From a virus (Duplodnaviria > Caudoviricetes): a DNA stretch of 55,510 nt. The first letter of the stretch is position 1; every line of letters begins with the position of its first letter. The stretch covers positions 1 through 55,510 of IMG/VR virus record IMGVR_UViG_3300049005_000023; one strand, written 5' to 3'. Positions 17,132 through 27,720 of the stretch are shown piece by piece. The notes below the pieces were generated by a model. That model had not been told where the DNA came from and made no database searches. It saw nothing but the letters and a program-made list of their open reading frames with translations. The translations under genes and the position numbers were made by a program.

Positions 17132-17989
17132 TCACAGCGTGTACTCCGACGTCATATCCACTTTTAGGTATGACCCTTCTTCGACTCTGGTAGACACAGC
17201 TTGCGGACTGTTCTGCGCCCATCCAACCGAGCACAGCCCGCTAGTGGCTCCCATCTTCACGGTGCCCTTCAGCATGACCGCGTCCGGCCTATCGAACAGA
17301 CCTAAGGTGCTGGATCCTTCGATACCGTACGCGATCGGGTTGGTCTCGTTCGAGTATGCTCGCCAGTTCGCGCTTGCACCGGTCGAGTCCGATCCGGTAC
17401 CCGTGGCTATCGACAGCGACGTACGCGGGCCGCCGCCGGACCAGGTCGCTCCCGAAGGAAGAATCCAGTCGAGCACGAAGTCAATCGTGTTGGTAGGGGA
17501 ACTCTGCGCCACTATCAGGCACAAATCAAAGATATAGGTGCGACCAGCTTGCCCGTAAAACTTCAAATAGGCATCTGCACCTACCGTCGGGCCGCTGTTC
17601 GCGATCGTCTGATCAGCCTGCGTCCGTAGCCGCCACGTTTGTCCGTACGTTGGCGTGCCCGAGTCTTTCGGCAGCATCCCGATCAGGGTGTACTCCGTCG
17701 TACCGTCGCCGCCTGTCTGAAGGAACATGCCCGGCGCCTCGACGGCCGGAAGCACCTCGCCGAGCGCCGCAATGCCAGGGATGGGGGTCAGCAGGTCGCC
17801 GATCAGCGCAGTGACGGTCCACGTCGACGGGTCGAACGCGGTGACGTACCCCAACCGGGTCTTGCTGTACGGCGTACCTCCCGGCGAGGCCTGACGGCTG
17901 AGGGTGTCGGCCAGGCGGTTGGTTGCGCGTGACGCCTCGAGGCTGCGCAGCACATCCTGCGGGTGAACAACCCGGATCTCGCCAGTCAT
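17132..17989 (-). CDS. Minor tail protein
   Basis: ATGA-coupled to the upstream tail gene; start MTGEIRVVHP. Confidence 0.75.
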   Translation of the reverse strand: MTGEIRVVHPQDVLRSLEASRATNRLADTLSRQASPGGTPYSKTRLGYVTAFDPSTWTVTALIGDLLTPIPGIAALGEVLPAVEAPGMFLQTGGDGTTEYTLIGMLPKDSGTPTYGQTWRLRTQADQTIANSGPTVGADAYLKFYGQAGRTYIFDLCLIVAQSSPTNTIDFVLDWILPSGATWSGGGPRTSLSIATGTGSDSTGASANWRAYSNETNPIAYGIEGSSTLGLFDRPDAVMLKGTVKMGATSGLCSVGWAQNSPQAVSTRVEEGSYLKVDMTSEYTL

Positions 17990-19221
17990 AGCAGCGTCCC
18001 GCTCACCTGGAGGCTGGACCGGCGTTCTTTGCACCGGATTGTCATCGGCGAAGCAGCCGACAAGGGGACCACCATCGAGTCCAGTACGACAGTGGAGTTC
18101 TCCTTGGACAGCGGCCGGACTAGGCGCACCACATCGCCTGGCTCGTGTGCCGGATTCGGGATGACGGCGAAGTCCGAACTCTCGGTGCCGCCCATCACCT
18201 TCAGCAACTCGCTGGCAGCCATTGCGCCTCCTCCGGTGTAGTCGGTCACCAGCGGGCTTGACTTGAAGTACGGCACCTTCCCGTACGGGCCAAGTGCGTA
18301 CGTCGGACTGTCGGGGTCGTCGTCCCACAGCTCGATGCGTATCTGCGCCGGCAGCGTGTTGCTCTCCGACGTCAGCACGATGCCGTTGTAGCCGGGGTCA
18401 TCGCTCATCCCGCGGTTCACGTTCAGCAGTACGGCGTTCGGATTGGTAGTTCCGTCGTCGTACACCCACACCACCGGATCGGACTGCGGGTCCGGCTCAT
18501 CCCGAACAGTCAGCAGACCGTACCGGTCGATGAACACCTCGCAGCCAATAGCGGAGGCCCAGTCAGTGACGGTCTGCCAGGGATCGGACTCAGCATCCAC
18601 GACTATCTGCGGGGTCGTCTGCGTGACGGTGTGCGGGTTGGCCTGCAGTCCAGGAAGGCGGTCCTGGCAGAACGCGATAATGGCGGCGCCGTAGTTAGTG
18701 CCTGCGGCAACAATCCACGGGACGGTCGTCTTGTTCTTGCTGATGTACTTCGAGTCGTCGTAGCCGGTGATGCTCAGCGTCGGCGTGCCGTCGTCAGAAA
18801 CGTCCACCGTGGACAGGCGAAACACCCCGAGCTCGAACGGATAAAGGTTGTCCCCGTACAGCGGATGCACGTAGCCCGGAACCTCGATGCGGTACCACAG
18901 CCGTATCTTGTTGCCGTACGGAGCGAACGCATCGGTGTCGTCGTCTGGAATCAAGGTCTCAGCCAGCTGCTCGAGCAGCTGCGGGTCCGTGACGGTCCCG
19001 GCCGCCCCGAATGCCGTCAGCTTCAGACTGCACGACCGCCGTACCGCCGCGGTCCGGTCCAAGGTCACGTCCCCGTCCTCGATCCCGAACTGCTGCGACA
19101 GCACGTTTCCGCTGCTGTCCTCGAGCTGGTTGGCGATGTGCATCCGGTGATCCCGGCCAAGGATGGCGTCGAACGTGATCGGGTTTCCGTTCAGATCCAC
19201 TCCGGTAGGAAGCGACTGCAT
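17986..19221 (-). CDS. Minor tail protein (DUF5047-like hub)
   Basis: G.VTLDRTAAVRRSC, P.G..I, LGVF, D.DP.SPTY..GPYGKVP, PNPA.EPGD pattern. Confidence 0.85.
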   Translation of the reverse strand: MQSLPTGVDLNGNPITFDAILGRDHRMHIANQLEDSSGNVLSQQFGIEDGDVTLDRTAAVRRSCSLKLTAFGAAGTVTDPQLLEQLAETLIPDDDTDAFAPYGNKIRLWYRIEVPGYVHPLYGDNLYPFELGVFRLSTVDVSDDGTPTLSITGYDDSKYISKNKTTVPWIVAAGTNYGAAIIAFCQDRLPGLQANPHTVTQTTPQIVVDAESDPWQTVTDWASAIGCEVFIDRYGLLTVRDEPDPQSDPVVWVYDDGTTNPNAVLLNVNRGMSDDPGYNGIVLTSESNTLPAQIRIELWDDDPDSPTYALGPYGKVPYFKSSPLVTDYTGGGAMAASELLKVMGGTESSDFAVIPNPAHEPGDVVRLVRPLSKENSTVVLDSMVVPLSAASPMTIRCKERRSSLQVSGTLL

Positions 19222-20906
19222 CAGAACGCCCCGAGGTTCTGCCCGGCCGGCGCGGCGACCGCCACCAGGTCGAACGTCCAGATCTGCGTACGCTTCGTAT
19301 CTGTCTTGCGGTCGGACTGCCGCAGCAGCCGCTTCTGGATGGACGGCCCGATGCGCACCCAATACAGCAAACCGGCCATGTCCGTTTGCAGCATCAGTGG
19401 GGACTGGTTGACCCGAAGCAGGTCCAGCGCCGTCTCGGTGGCCTTGTCCTTGACCACCACCTCAACGCTCCACCTCTTGGCCAGGATGGCGTCGGACACC
19501 ACTACGGTGAACGGCTGCCCGATCGGCCGGAACTGCCCCTGCACCTCGTCTTGTGTGGCGGTGAAGTCGCCGTTGATCTTGGCCACCAACTCGGTGCCGT
19601 TCTGGAACGGATCCCTCAGCACGAAGGCGTCGTACGCCGCCGTGATGGTAGAGCTCGTCACCCATGCGCTTCCCGAGGTGTAGCCGGTAGCAGTGGCGTA
19701 CAGCAGCGTCTTCGCACGATAGACCCGGCCCTGACCTTGGTAGGCCAACGTGTCATAGAAGGTCGCACTGCCCGATGAGGCGGCAATCTCCGCAGTGCCG
19801 TTGGGCAGCGTGGTCCAGTCGGCCTCGTTGGTAGATGTCGAGTCCCGCGCCTGGACGATCAGACGTCGCCCGTCCCACGCCCCCAACGTCTGCGTCGGGT
19901 AGGCCACTACCACCTGTCCACGGTAGTTCGGGGAGTTCTGCCAGGTAGGCGTCACGGACGTAGGCACAGTCGGGGTGGTGAGGCTCTCGGTGAAGTCCAA
20001 GATACCGATGTTGGTTGGGTGGAACAGGCGCTCACCGGCGTGCAGGGCGGACACCTCTACGTAGTACGTGTACGCCACGCCGTTGACCACGTCCGCGGTC
20101 GTGGTGACGTTGTTGTCCCCGCTGGCCGTCCAGCCGTCGGGCTTCGCGGTGGTCGCGGTACTCCACACTGGTGTCTTGGTAGCCGCGTCGGTCCCCACGA
20201 AAGATGCCTTGAATGGGTTGGCCGCTGCCGCCTCAAACGCCGTCCGGCCGCCGGAGAACAACGCGACGTCAGCCTGCCGCCACAGTGCAACCCGGTACTC
20301 GTACTGCACAAAGCTGTCGGTGCTGTTGAAGTTCCACTGCACGCCGGGCTTGGTAGTCAGCGTGTTCGCTGAGGCAGGAAACAGTGCCAGGCCAACCGCA
20401 GTCGGAGAGTCGACGTACTGCACCTGGACCGATACCCGGTACAACCGATGGTCCTCCGCTAGTGCGCTGCCCGGGTACTGCAGCACGGTCACGAAGAAGT
20501 TGTTCACCACAGCCTGGGACTTCGACTGTGGCACCGCTCCTGCGGTGGTCAGTACGACGTCCTGGATGGCCGAGGTGGGAATGAAGGTCCGGCCCGGCGA
20601 TTGGTATGTGACCCCGCTGGTGCTGCCCGGCTGCTGTCCTACCGATCCGGTCAGCTTGGCGCTACCGGAAGCCTGCGAGCAGCGGATCTTCGGGTAGGAG
20701 TACTTGATTGCGGCGCCGGCTGGCAGCGACGTGTTGGCGAAAGTCCACGATGCCCGGGTGTTCGCCGAGCCGGGCGAGGAGTCGGTGATGTAGGTCGCGT
20801 CGCTGTTGTCGTTGACCGCCGTGGTCAGCGTGCCACCGGTGGCCACCCAACCAAACGTCAGGGAGGCTACGTTGGCGTCCGGCAGCACCTCCTGTACTCC
20901 GCCCAT
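19221..20906 (-). CDS. Minor tail / distal tail protein
   Basis: First gene after the tape measure; beta-rich. Confidence 0.75.
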   Translation of the reverse strand: MGGVQEVLPDANVASLTFGWVATGGTLTTAVNDNSDATYITDSSPGSANTRASWTFANTSLPAGAAIKYSYPKIRCSQASGSAKLTGSVGQQPGSTSGVTYQSPGRTFIPTSAIQDVVLTTAGAVPQSKSQAVVNNFFVTVLQYPGSALAEDHRLYRVSVQVQYVDSPTAVGLALFPASANTLTTKPGVQWNFNSTDSFVQYEYRVALWRQADVALFSGGRTAFEAAAANPFKASFVGTDAATKTPVWSTATTAKPDGWTASGDNNVTTTADVVNGVAYTYYVEVSALHAGERLFHPTNIGILDFTESLTTPTVPTSVTPTWQNSPNYRGQVVVAYPTQTLGAWDGRRLIVQARDSTSTNEADWTTLPNGTAEIAASSGSATFYDTLAYQGQGRVYRAKTLLYATATGYTSGSAWVTSSTITAAYDAFVLRDPFQNGTELVAKINGDFTATQDEVQGQFRPIGQPFTVVVSDAILAKRWSVEVVVKDKATETALDLLRVNQSPLMLQTDMAGLLYWVRIGPSIQKRLLRQSDRKTDTKRTQIWTFDLVAVAAPAGQNLGAF

Positions 20907-23900
20907 CAGCCTCTCCTTCCCTGGTTGAGTACGCGTACAAGCTGCGTCATGCCGTCCCCGACCGCGCGCCGCGCTGCGGCCTCGATCTGCTCAGCCGAAG
21001 CGCCCGGCCGAGTGACCGGGATGGAAACCGTCACGGCTCCCGGCGCGATGGTGACCGAGCCGTTGCCCGGCGCGTCAGCCCCGATGATCCGGCCGGTTTC
21101 CCGCCACAGCTGCAGCGCCCGGCGACGATGGTTGAGACCGTGCGAGATCAGCGACTCGCCTCCGGACTCCGGCTCTCCCCAGTAGTAGCCGGTGTCCGAG
21201 CCCGGAATGATTGTCCCGCTCGCGTGCCCGCTCGGCTGCTTACCTGCCTTCAGCAAAGACTGGTCCGAGCGAATAGTTCGCATAGCCGCCACCGGGATCT
21301 TGCTGAACACCGCGCCGTTGAACGACTGCAGCAGCCCGAGCACGTCCCCGACCGCCATCCCGGACGCCTGCGACAGCCCGATGACTCCGAGTTTGCCGCC
21401 GGACTTCTGGATGAGCGCGGCCAGCTTCATGGCGTCGGCCATCTGCGGGTTGTTGAAAGACTCCTGCTGACTGAGCAGGTTGTTCAGCTCGGTGAGCGTG
21501 CTCCCCGGAGACTTAACCGCCTGCGCAGCCAGACCAGCAGCCTGGTCGTAGCCCATGTCCTGGAACTTCTGCGCCAGATCCGCCCGGCCCATCTTGATCA
21601 AGGCCTGCAGGTTGGTCTGGAACTGAGCCCGGCCCTTCACGTCCGCCGCCGTGTCGTTGAAGAACTGCTTGAAGTTCATCTGCCGGATCTGGTCGGCCAT
21701 TCGCTGCATGTCCTTGACCGAGCCGTTGGCCAGCTTCTTGATCGCATCCTCGCCTTGCTCGCCCATTCCCTGGAGCGCAGTCACCACATCGGCTCCGACC
21801 TGGTTGGACAGGTTGCGCAGCGTGCGATTCCACTTCTCTTGGTACGACGCCGTTTGCTTCAGCGCCTCCATGTACTCCTTCAGCGAGATGGTCGGCTTCC
21901 GGTAGTAGTCATCCGCGGTATCGCTCGGAGACCGCGACTTGCGCGCGTAGAGTTCGGCGGTAGCCTGCGCCTGCGCCTCCTTTGAGGAGGCGAGGCTGCC
22001 GAAGGTGTCGCTGGCAGATCTGCCTGGCAGATAGATACCCGCGCCGTACCGCCCGGCCGACGTTGCGGCTAGGCGCTGCCGGTCCAGGAACTCCTCGTAC
22101 GCCTGGTACCGGCTGTTCTCGTAGTCCTGATACTTGGCAGCCTTGTCCGCGAGGTACTGACGGCTCTGCGCCGTCCGGGCGCCGCCCTTCGGGTCGTAGC
22201 GGAACGGCGGGTACTTGAACGGCGGATAGCGAAATCCGCCATCGGCCATCTTGACCAGCATCATCCCGAAGTCCTTGGCAACCTGCCCGAGAATCTGCAC
22301 TGACCGTCCGCGCTTCTCCGGCGCCATCGGGATGTACGCCTCGCCCTTCGTGGACGGCTCAGCCCACTGCACCAGGCCGTACGGACTCTTCGGCGACTGG
22401 ATCATCGCCTGCTGCGGCATCTTCCCGTCGTCGTAGGAGTTCCAGATACCTCCGTTGGCGTTGACCTTTACGCCGACACCGCTCGAGATGTGCGTCTCGA
22501 CAAGGTTTTTGTACGTGTTCTGCGTGGTGTTCACCGTGACCGATGCAGTAGCCGTCCGCCCGTCGATTTGGTCGAGCCGGTTCTCCACGCTGTTCAGCCG
22601 TGCCTGCGCGACCGACGTCTCCGCATCCATCTTGACAACAGGCTTCTTTTTGGCCGCCGCGGCAGCAGCAGCGGTAACACCCTTGATCTTGCTTGTCGTG
22701 CTCTCCGCGCCGCTCTCCTTGATCAGGGTCTGCACAAGCTCAGGCGTCAGGTTGTACTGCGACAGCAGCGCCTCCATCGCCTTCCGGGGGACACCAGCTG
22801 CGGCGCCTACGTCGATCAGGGACTTTCGGCTGCTGGCAAGCTTTGTCGTCAGCTCTTCCTGGCTGGCCCCTGCGTTGGCGTTAGCCACCAGCATGTCCTG
22901 CATGGACTTCACCTGGTCGATGATCGCCGACCTGTTGTCCCGGCCCTTCTGGGTGTTCTCCGAGAGCGTTGCCCCGTTGTCCTTCAGGGTGCCGCTGAGC
23001 TTGGCCAGCCCGTTCAGCCAGTCGATCTGCGCCTGATCAACGCCGATGGCCGCACCGGTCAGCCCGTCAAGCGCCGTCTTCAGCTTGTCCGCAGAAGTAG
23101 CCGCGTCACCCATCGCGGTGTCGGTGACCTTCATCGCCTCGGCAAGTTGCTGTGTCGGCTTGCCAGTCGCCGCAGCGGAGTCGCGGACGTGGTCCAGCGC
23201 GGAGTACACGTTAGTCAGCTGCTGGTCATCCCACGGTTTGCTCATGTCAACGCCGGCCGCTTGCAGCGCCGGACCAAGTTGGTCGAGCACCTGCTGCATC
23301 TGAGCCATCGCCGCGGTCTGAGCCTTGACGCCGTTGGCGCCCTGGACATCATTGATCCACTTCGCTGCGTCGGGCAACGGCTTGCCCATCGCCTTGAAAA
23401 GCTCGACCGTGTTGTATTGCAGCTGGCCGATCGAGAGCTGAGCGTCGTACGCCGCTTTCTGCACATCGCTGAGTGTGTCTTTCATGCCCAGCGTTTCGTA
23501 GTTCTTGCTGACCTGGACCAGCGTTGTGATGCCGATCTTGTGGTCCTTGCCGCCAAAACTGCTGATGCGGTTTTGGTAATCGGTGATGAAGTCTTCGGCC
23601 TTCTTCAACTGGTCCTGCAAGTCTTGGACGGATCCGCCCGCTTTCACCGCTTGGAGAGCCTTGGTCGTGCTTTGGGTGATATCTCGAGCTCGCTCCGTGG
23701 CTTTCGAGTAGGCAGACCACGCGGTTGCAGCGAGAGCTATGACCCCTCCGATAGCCAATGAGGGCGCCACCGCCATGAAGGCCCCCTTCATCGCTGCGCC
23801 GGTCGCCTTGGCCTTGTTTCCAAGCTTGGTAAGGCTGTCGGCGGTCCCCTCTATCCGCGGAGTAAACAGACCGGTGATGAAGTCGATCGTCGCGGCACCG

Positions 23901-25372
23901 CTGCCCTTCAGCTTGCCCATACCATCGGCAACCTTGCCGAGCCCGAGATACAGCGCAGCTACCCCGCCGGTCGCATGTACGGCGTACGCGATGCCCAGGG
24001 CGGCCACGATCTTCTCGTTGTCGGCAGCGAACCCGGTGATCTCGGACAGCACGTGGGCCAGATTGTTGAAGGTGTCGATCACCTCGGGCCCGACTGCATG
24101 CACCAGCCCCTTGCCCATAGTGAGGGCCTCTTCGCCGATCTGCTTCAGGAACTCGACTACGTTCTCTCCGGCATCCCGCAGATCGTTCAGGCCAGTGGCA
24201 CCCTTCTGCTGTAGGTCGATCGCCATTTTGCCAATGGCGGTACCAAGATCCTGGGCGCCCTTCATTCCCTTCAGCAGCTGCGGCAGCAGCGCAACGCCGA
24301 TCGTGGTAGCGGACGCGTCGATGCGGTTGCGGAACAGCTCCCACTGAGCAGAGACCGACTTCATCTGCTCGTCCAAGACCTTCTGCGTTGCCCCGACGCG
24401 CTTGTTCTTGTCCGTGATCTGGTCAGCGACCTTGGCGTAGTTGGCGCCGTCGTTGGCCATCAGCGCCAGGGCACCGCGGGCAGCCTCGATGTTCGGGAAC
24501 AGCTGCAGCATCGAGGTGATGTTTCCGCCAGTGGCCTTGCGGATGTCCTCCATGACACCCCGCAGGCCCTTCTGCTTCAGCGCAGATGCCCCGGACTCGT
24601 AGCCAAGCTGCTTGTACAGACTGATCATCGCGGTGCTCGGCTGCACCAGACCCTTCATCAGGTCGTTCAGCGATGTGGTCGCCTGGGCGCCTTTGACCCC
24701 GGACAGCGTCATGGTCGCGATGGCCGCGCCGACCTGGTCGATACCCACCGAGGCCGCAGCAGCCGAGCCGACGACGTCACCGAGGTTGTTGGCGAGCTCG
24801 TCGAAGGTGATGACACCGAGGTTGACGGTGGAGAATAGGACATCTGAGACGTCGGCCGCATCCTTGGCCTTCAGGCCATAGGCGTTCAGCACCCCGGTGA
24901 TTGCCCGGGCACTGACGGCTGTGGTCGTTACGCCGGCCGAGGCGGAACGGGCAGCCGCGTCCAGCACCTTCAGGCCGTCGGCGCCTTGGAAGCCGGACGA
25001 GGCGATGTCGTAGAGTCCTTCCGCCAATGTGGTGGCGCTCTGCGGGAGCTTCGTGGACATGGAGATGACCTGCTTCTCCATCGCCGCGAACTGCTTGGAG
25101 TTGGCGCCGGTCAGCGAGTTGACGTTTCGCATCGCCTTGTCGAAGGCAACCGCCTTGGTGATGGCGTAGGTGAGGCCGGCAGCCAGCGCGGTGACCCCGC
25201 CGACCACGCCGGTAACAGCCGCCTTCGACAGCGACATGTGCTTATTGCTGTCGTTCAGCGAGCTGTTGAACGCCTTGACCTTGGCGTCGGAGTCCAGCAG
25301 GACTCGGGACAACCCGCCGTTCTTGGCGCTCAGCTCCAGCGTCAGGGTCTTGGTGGCCCCGCCTACGCCCAT
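20906..25372 (-). CDS. Tape measure protein (TP901-family core)
   Basis: 1488 aa, Ala-rich; FDKAMRNV, LAEGLY..ASSG, N.G..TF.EL motifs. Confidence 0.95.
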   Translation of the reverse strand: MGVGGATKTLTLELSAKNGGLSRVLLDSDAKVKAFNSSLNDSNKHMSLSKAAVTGVVGGVTALAAGLTYAITKAVAFDKAMRNVNSLTGANSKQFAAMEKQVISMSTKLPQSATTLAEGLYDIASSGFQGADGLKVLDAAARSASAGVTTTAVSARAITGVLNAYGLKAKDAADVSDVLFSTVNLGVITFDELANNLGDVVGSAAAASVGIDQVGAAIATMTLSGVKGAQATTSLNDLMKGLVQPSTAMISLYKQLGYESGASALKQKGLRGVMEDIRKATGGNITSMLQLFPNIEAARGALALMANDGANYAKVADQITDKNKRVGATQKVLDEQMKSVSAQWELFRNRIDASATTIGVALLPQLLKGMKGAQDLGTAIGKMAIDLQQKGATGLNDLRDAGENVVEFLKQIGEEALTMGKGLVHAVGPEVIDTFNNLAHVLSEITGFAADNEKIVAALGIAYAVHATGGVAALYLGLGKVADGMGKLKGSGAATIDFITGLFTPRIEGTADSLTKLGNKAKATGAAMKGAFMAVAPSLAIGGVIALAATAWSAYSKATERARDITQSTTKALQAVKAGGSVQDLQDQLKKAEDFITDYQNRISSFGGKDHKIGITTLVQVSKNYETLGMKDTLSDVQKAAYDAQLSIGQLQYNTVELFKAMGKPLPDAAKWINDVQGANGVKAQTAAMAQMQQVLDQLGPALQAAGVDMSKPWDDQQLTNVYSALDHVRDSAAATGKPTQQLAEAMKVTDTAMGDAATSADKLKTALDGLTGAAIGVDQAQIDWLNGLAKLSGTLKDNGATLSENTQKGRDNRSAIIDQVKSMQDMLVANANAGASQEELTTKLASSRKSLIDVGAAAGVPRKAMEALLSQYNLTPELVQTLIKESGAESTTSKIKGVTAAAAAAAKKKPVVKMDAETSVAQARLNSVENRLDQIDGRTATASVTVNTTQNTYKNLVETHISSGVGVKVNANGGIWNSYDDGKMPQQAMIQSPKSPYGLVQWAEPSTKGEAYIPMAPEKRGRSVQILGQVAKDFGMMLVKMADGGFRYPPFKYPPFRYDPKGGARTAQSRQYLADKAAKYQDYENSRYQAYEEFLDRQRLAATSAGRYGAGIYLPGRSASDTFGSLASSKEAQAQATAELYARKSRSPSDTADDYYRKPTISLKEYMEALKQTASYQEKWNRTLRNLSNQVGADVVTALQGMGEQGEDAIKKLANGSVKDMQRMADQIRQMNFKQFFNDTAADVKGRAQFQTNLQALIKMGRADLAQKFQDMGYDQAAGLAAQAVKSPGSTLTELNNLLSQQESFNNPQMADAMKLAALIQKSGGKLGVIGLSQASGMAVGDVLGLLQSFNGAVFSKIPVAAMRTIRSDQSLLKAGKQPSGHASGTIIPGSDTGYYWGEPESGGESLISHGLNHRRRALQLWRETGRIIGADAPGNGSVTIAPGAVTVSIPVTRPGASAEQIEAAARRAVGDGMTQLVRVLNQGRRG

Positions 25373-25373
25373 C

Positions 25374-25723
25374 TCAGCCTCCTAGGCCCAGTTCTTCGCC
25401 GGTGGTAGCGAACTCCTTTGGCACCAGCCCGATGTGCAGGCCTCGCCGATTGCTGCCCTGCGCGTTCTCCCGCTCTTGCGCGATCCGCTCACAGCCGGGG
25501 CAATGCTCGATGTTCCCGATGTAGGCGTCTCGGTCCTTGTCCCATTCTTCCTTGCGGGTGTGGCAGCCTGGGCAGATCGTGAGCTGGTCTCGCTTCCAGC
25601 CGAGAGCCTTGTCGCGGTCGAGCTGAGTCCAGCGGTTCGGGCCGCCGTGGAAATGGCTGTGCGGAATGCCAAGCGGGACGACGTACGCGAGCTCTTCGCG
25701 CAAGCGCGCGTCGCCCCGAATCA
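25374..25723 (-). CDS. Tail assembly chaperone C-terminal extension (gpT-like) reached by -1 frameshift
   Basis: -1 frame open from the slippery site: KLIRGDARLREELAYVVPLGIP...CPGC...CPGC. Confidence 0.85.
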
Positions 25724-26266
25724 GTTTCCCAGTTCAACGATCCTGGATGTCTGGTAGAGCGCGACCACCCGATCGCGCAGCTCCTGAAGCTCGGCCGGTC
25801 CCCAGTTCTTCGACTCGAACACCTCGTGCCGCCAGTCTTCCGCGGTCAGATCGGAGTCCGGTACGGACGCGGCAACGAGCGTCGGCCAGAAAACCTTCGG
25901 GTCGTAGAGGGGCTCGTCCTGTCCCTTCTCCTCGGCTGTCTTCTTCTGCTCCTCGGTCGGAGGGCACTCCAGCCGGATCTCGTCCCACCGCTCCTGCCCG
26001 GCGCTGACCAGCGTGATGCAGAGCCCCGTCTTGCGGATTTCGGCGGCCGCCGAAGCAAGCACCTCCCGTGCGTTCTTGACGCGGAGCTCGGCAGCATCGG
26101 CGGACGTCTCCCCCGCAATTTGCGCCAGTGCCAGCCCTTGCTCGGCGTTGGTCAGGCTAGCTCGGGCCTCCTCGAGGAGACGGCGCTCGGCATCGGTGGC
26201 CGGGATGAGCAGTTCGTCGGTGACGGGCTGCTTCTTCCGCAGCGCGGTCTTGGTGAGCTTCGGCAT
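25721..26266 (-). CDS. Tail assembly chaperone (gpG-like)
   Basis: Between major tail and tape measure; ends in G GGA AAC TGA; GGAGG RBS. Confidence 0.85.
   Translation of the reverse strand: MPKLTKTALRKKQPVTDELLIPATDAERRLLEEARASLTNAEQGLALAQIAGETSADAAELRVKNAREVLASAAAEIRKTGLCITLVSAGQERWDEIRLECPPTEEQKKTAEEKGQDEPLYDPKVFWPTLVAASVPDSDLTAEDWRHEVFESKNWGPAELQELRDRVVALYQTSRIVELGN
25724..25730 (-). other. Programmed -1 ribosomal frameshift slippery heptamer G GGA AAC
   Basis: Canonical X XXY YYZ immediately before the stop codon, linking the two chaperone ORFs. Confidence 0.88.
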
Positions 26267-26361
26267 GGTTTCCTCCCAGAAACGCCAGAACCGGACCGTC
26301 AGGTGGGCGGTCCGGTTCTGACTGTAGAGGCCCGCGGAAGGCCCCTGGTCTATTCCTGGAG

Positions 26362-26817
26362 TTACGGCAGGACGCCGGCCTGGTTCGGCCGCTTGGTGAT
26401 GGCGAACTGGATGTTGAACTGCGCGGCGGTGGCGTCCATGCTCCACGCGTCGTTGACACCCAGGCTGGTCACGGACCAGACCTCGACTCGCTTGGTTGCG
26501 ACGTCGCCGTACGGCATCAGCAGGATGTAGCCTGCCGTGCCCTTGGCCAGCGTGGTGCGGACCGTGGTCGAGGTGTCGTCGTCGTAGAAGTCCAGCGACG
26601 AGTCACCCGCGGTGTCCGGGCCGGTGATCTGGCTGTCGAAGTTGTCCGACAGGTCTGGAGTAGCGATCGGGGCGTTGGTGAACTGGAACCCGTTGATCGC
26701 AGCAACCGACGGGGACAGGTCCACGCCTGCGGTGATCTCCGGCCGAGTGGGGCTGGAGCCTGCGACGGCGGGAGCCCACTTGATCTTCGAGACGCCGCGG
26801 CGGAAGTAGCGAGCCAT
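26362..26817 (-). CDS. Major tail protein
   Basis: PT..EI.AG.DLS...GF...F.SQI.G motifs of actinophage tail tube proteins; position. Confidence 0.85.
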   Translation of the reverse strand: MARYFRRGVSKIKWAPAVAGSSPTRPEITAGVDLSPSVAAINGFQFTNAPIATPDLSDNFDSQITGPDTAGDSSLDFYDDDTSTTVRTTLAKGTAGYILLMPYGDVATKRVEVWSVTSLGVNDAWSMDATAAQFNIQFAITKRPNQAGVLP

Positions 26818-26820
26818 CTG

Positions 26821-27366
26821 CTAGCCCTCCTGGTTCGTGTTGTCCGCCTCGGCGGAATCGGTGGCGGGCGGGGACCAGTTCAGGACCGTGGTCCGGGCCT
26901 GCCCCGCTTCCTCGAGCTCCAGCACGCGCTGTCGCTCGTCGTCATCGGCGTTTTCCAGGTAAGCGAGCACGCCCTGGTCGGAGCCATCCGAGCTTGGGTT
27001 GACGGGGTGGTCCTTGGGGTCGTACAGCGCGATCGGAACACCGACCGGGCTCTCCGTCACAGACGCCGCAACAGGTGGGCGTCCCTCGAAGGTCTCGTGG
27101 TACGACGCCAGCACCTCGGCGCCCGAGGCGTCAGAATCGGGGTATTCGCCGCCGCGAACGGCGATGAGGCCGCGAGCCTCGTCCTTGGTGAGCCCCCCTT
27201 TGCTCTCGCCGGCCGACGTGTCGCGAACGAAACGCCCGAGCTGTGTGTTGGCGAACTCCGTAGCCTCGTCCATCAGAACCCAGCCGCGCGGGGCGTAGAC
27301 CTGGTTGAACTGCTCGCGGTTGAGGACCTCGCCCGCAGCCTCGATTTCGGGATGTGTCATCTTCAC
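26821..27366 (-). CDS. Hypothetical acidic protein
   Basis: ORF in the head-tail block; V..YL...ER.RVLE.E..G..R motif. Confidence 0.7.
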   Translation of the reverse strand: MKMTHPEIEAAGEVLNREQFNQVYAPRGWVLMDEATEFANTQLGRFVRDTSAGESKGGLTKDEARGLIAVRGGEYPDSDASGAEVLASYHETFEGRPPVAASVTESPVGVPIALYDPKDHPVNPSSDGSDQGVLAYLENADDDERQRVLELEEAGQARTTVLNWSPPATDSAEADNTNQEG

Positions 27367-27377
27367 GGGGCGGCCTC

Positions 27378-27704
27378 CTAGACCCTGGTGGTGTAGACGG
27401 TAGAGCCGGTGACGGCCGAGTAGTTGACCGTGGCCAGTCCAGTGATCGGGTCGGCGTAGTTGCTGTCGATCGGGCCGATAATCTCCTCGGCACCGATGGC
27501 GACAGAAGCCACTAGGTCATGAAGAACACCTCGACTGCATGCCTTTTTGCCCGTTACGGTAACGGTAACCACACCGCCTGTTCCGTTCTTGAAGACTAGG
27601 CTGGTAGTTGGGCTGCAGTTGGCGATCGTGTCTCCATTGGCCGGTAGCCGGGGAGCGTTCCCGGTGCCTCCGGCAGAGGCGAGCGCCTCGGGGATCAATG
27701 CCAT
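27378..27704 (-). CDS. Hypothetical virion protein
   Basis: AAGGAG RBS before MALIPEA. Confidence 0.7.
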   Translation of the reverse strand: MALIPEALASAGGTGNAPRLPANGDTIANCSPTTSLVFKNGTGGVVTVTVTGKKACSRGVLHDLVASVAIGAEEIIGPIDSNYADPITGLATVNYSAVTGSTVYTTRV

Positions 27705-27720
27705 CTCGTACTCCTTTCGG

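Noticed and set aside
22195-22240. FRYPPFKYPPFRYDP repeat in the tape measure protein
   Set aside because: A short internal duplication with no evidence of a separate element
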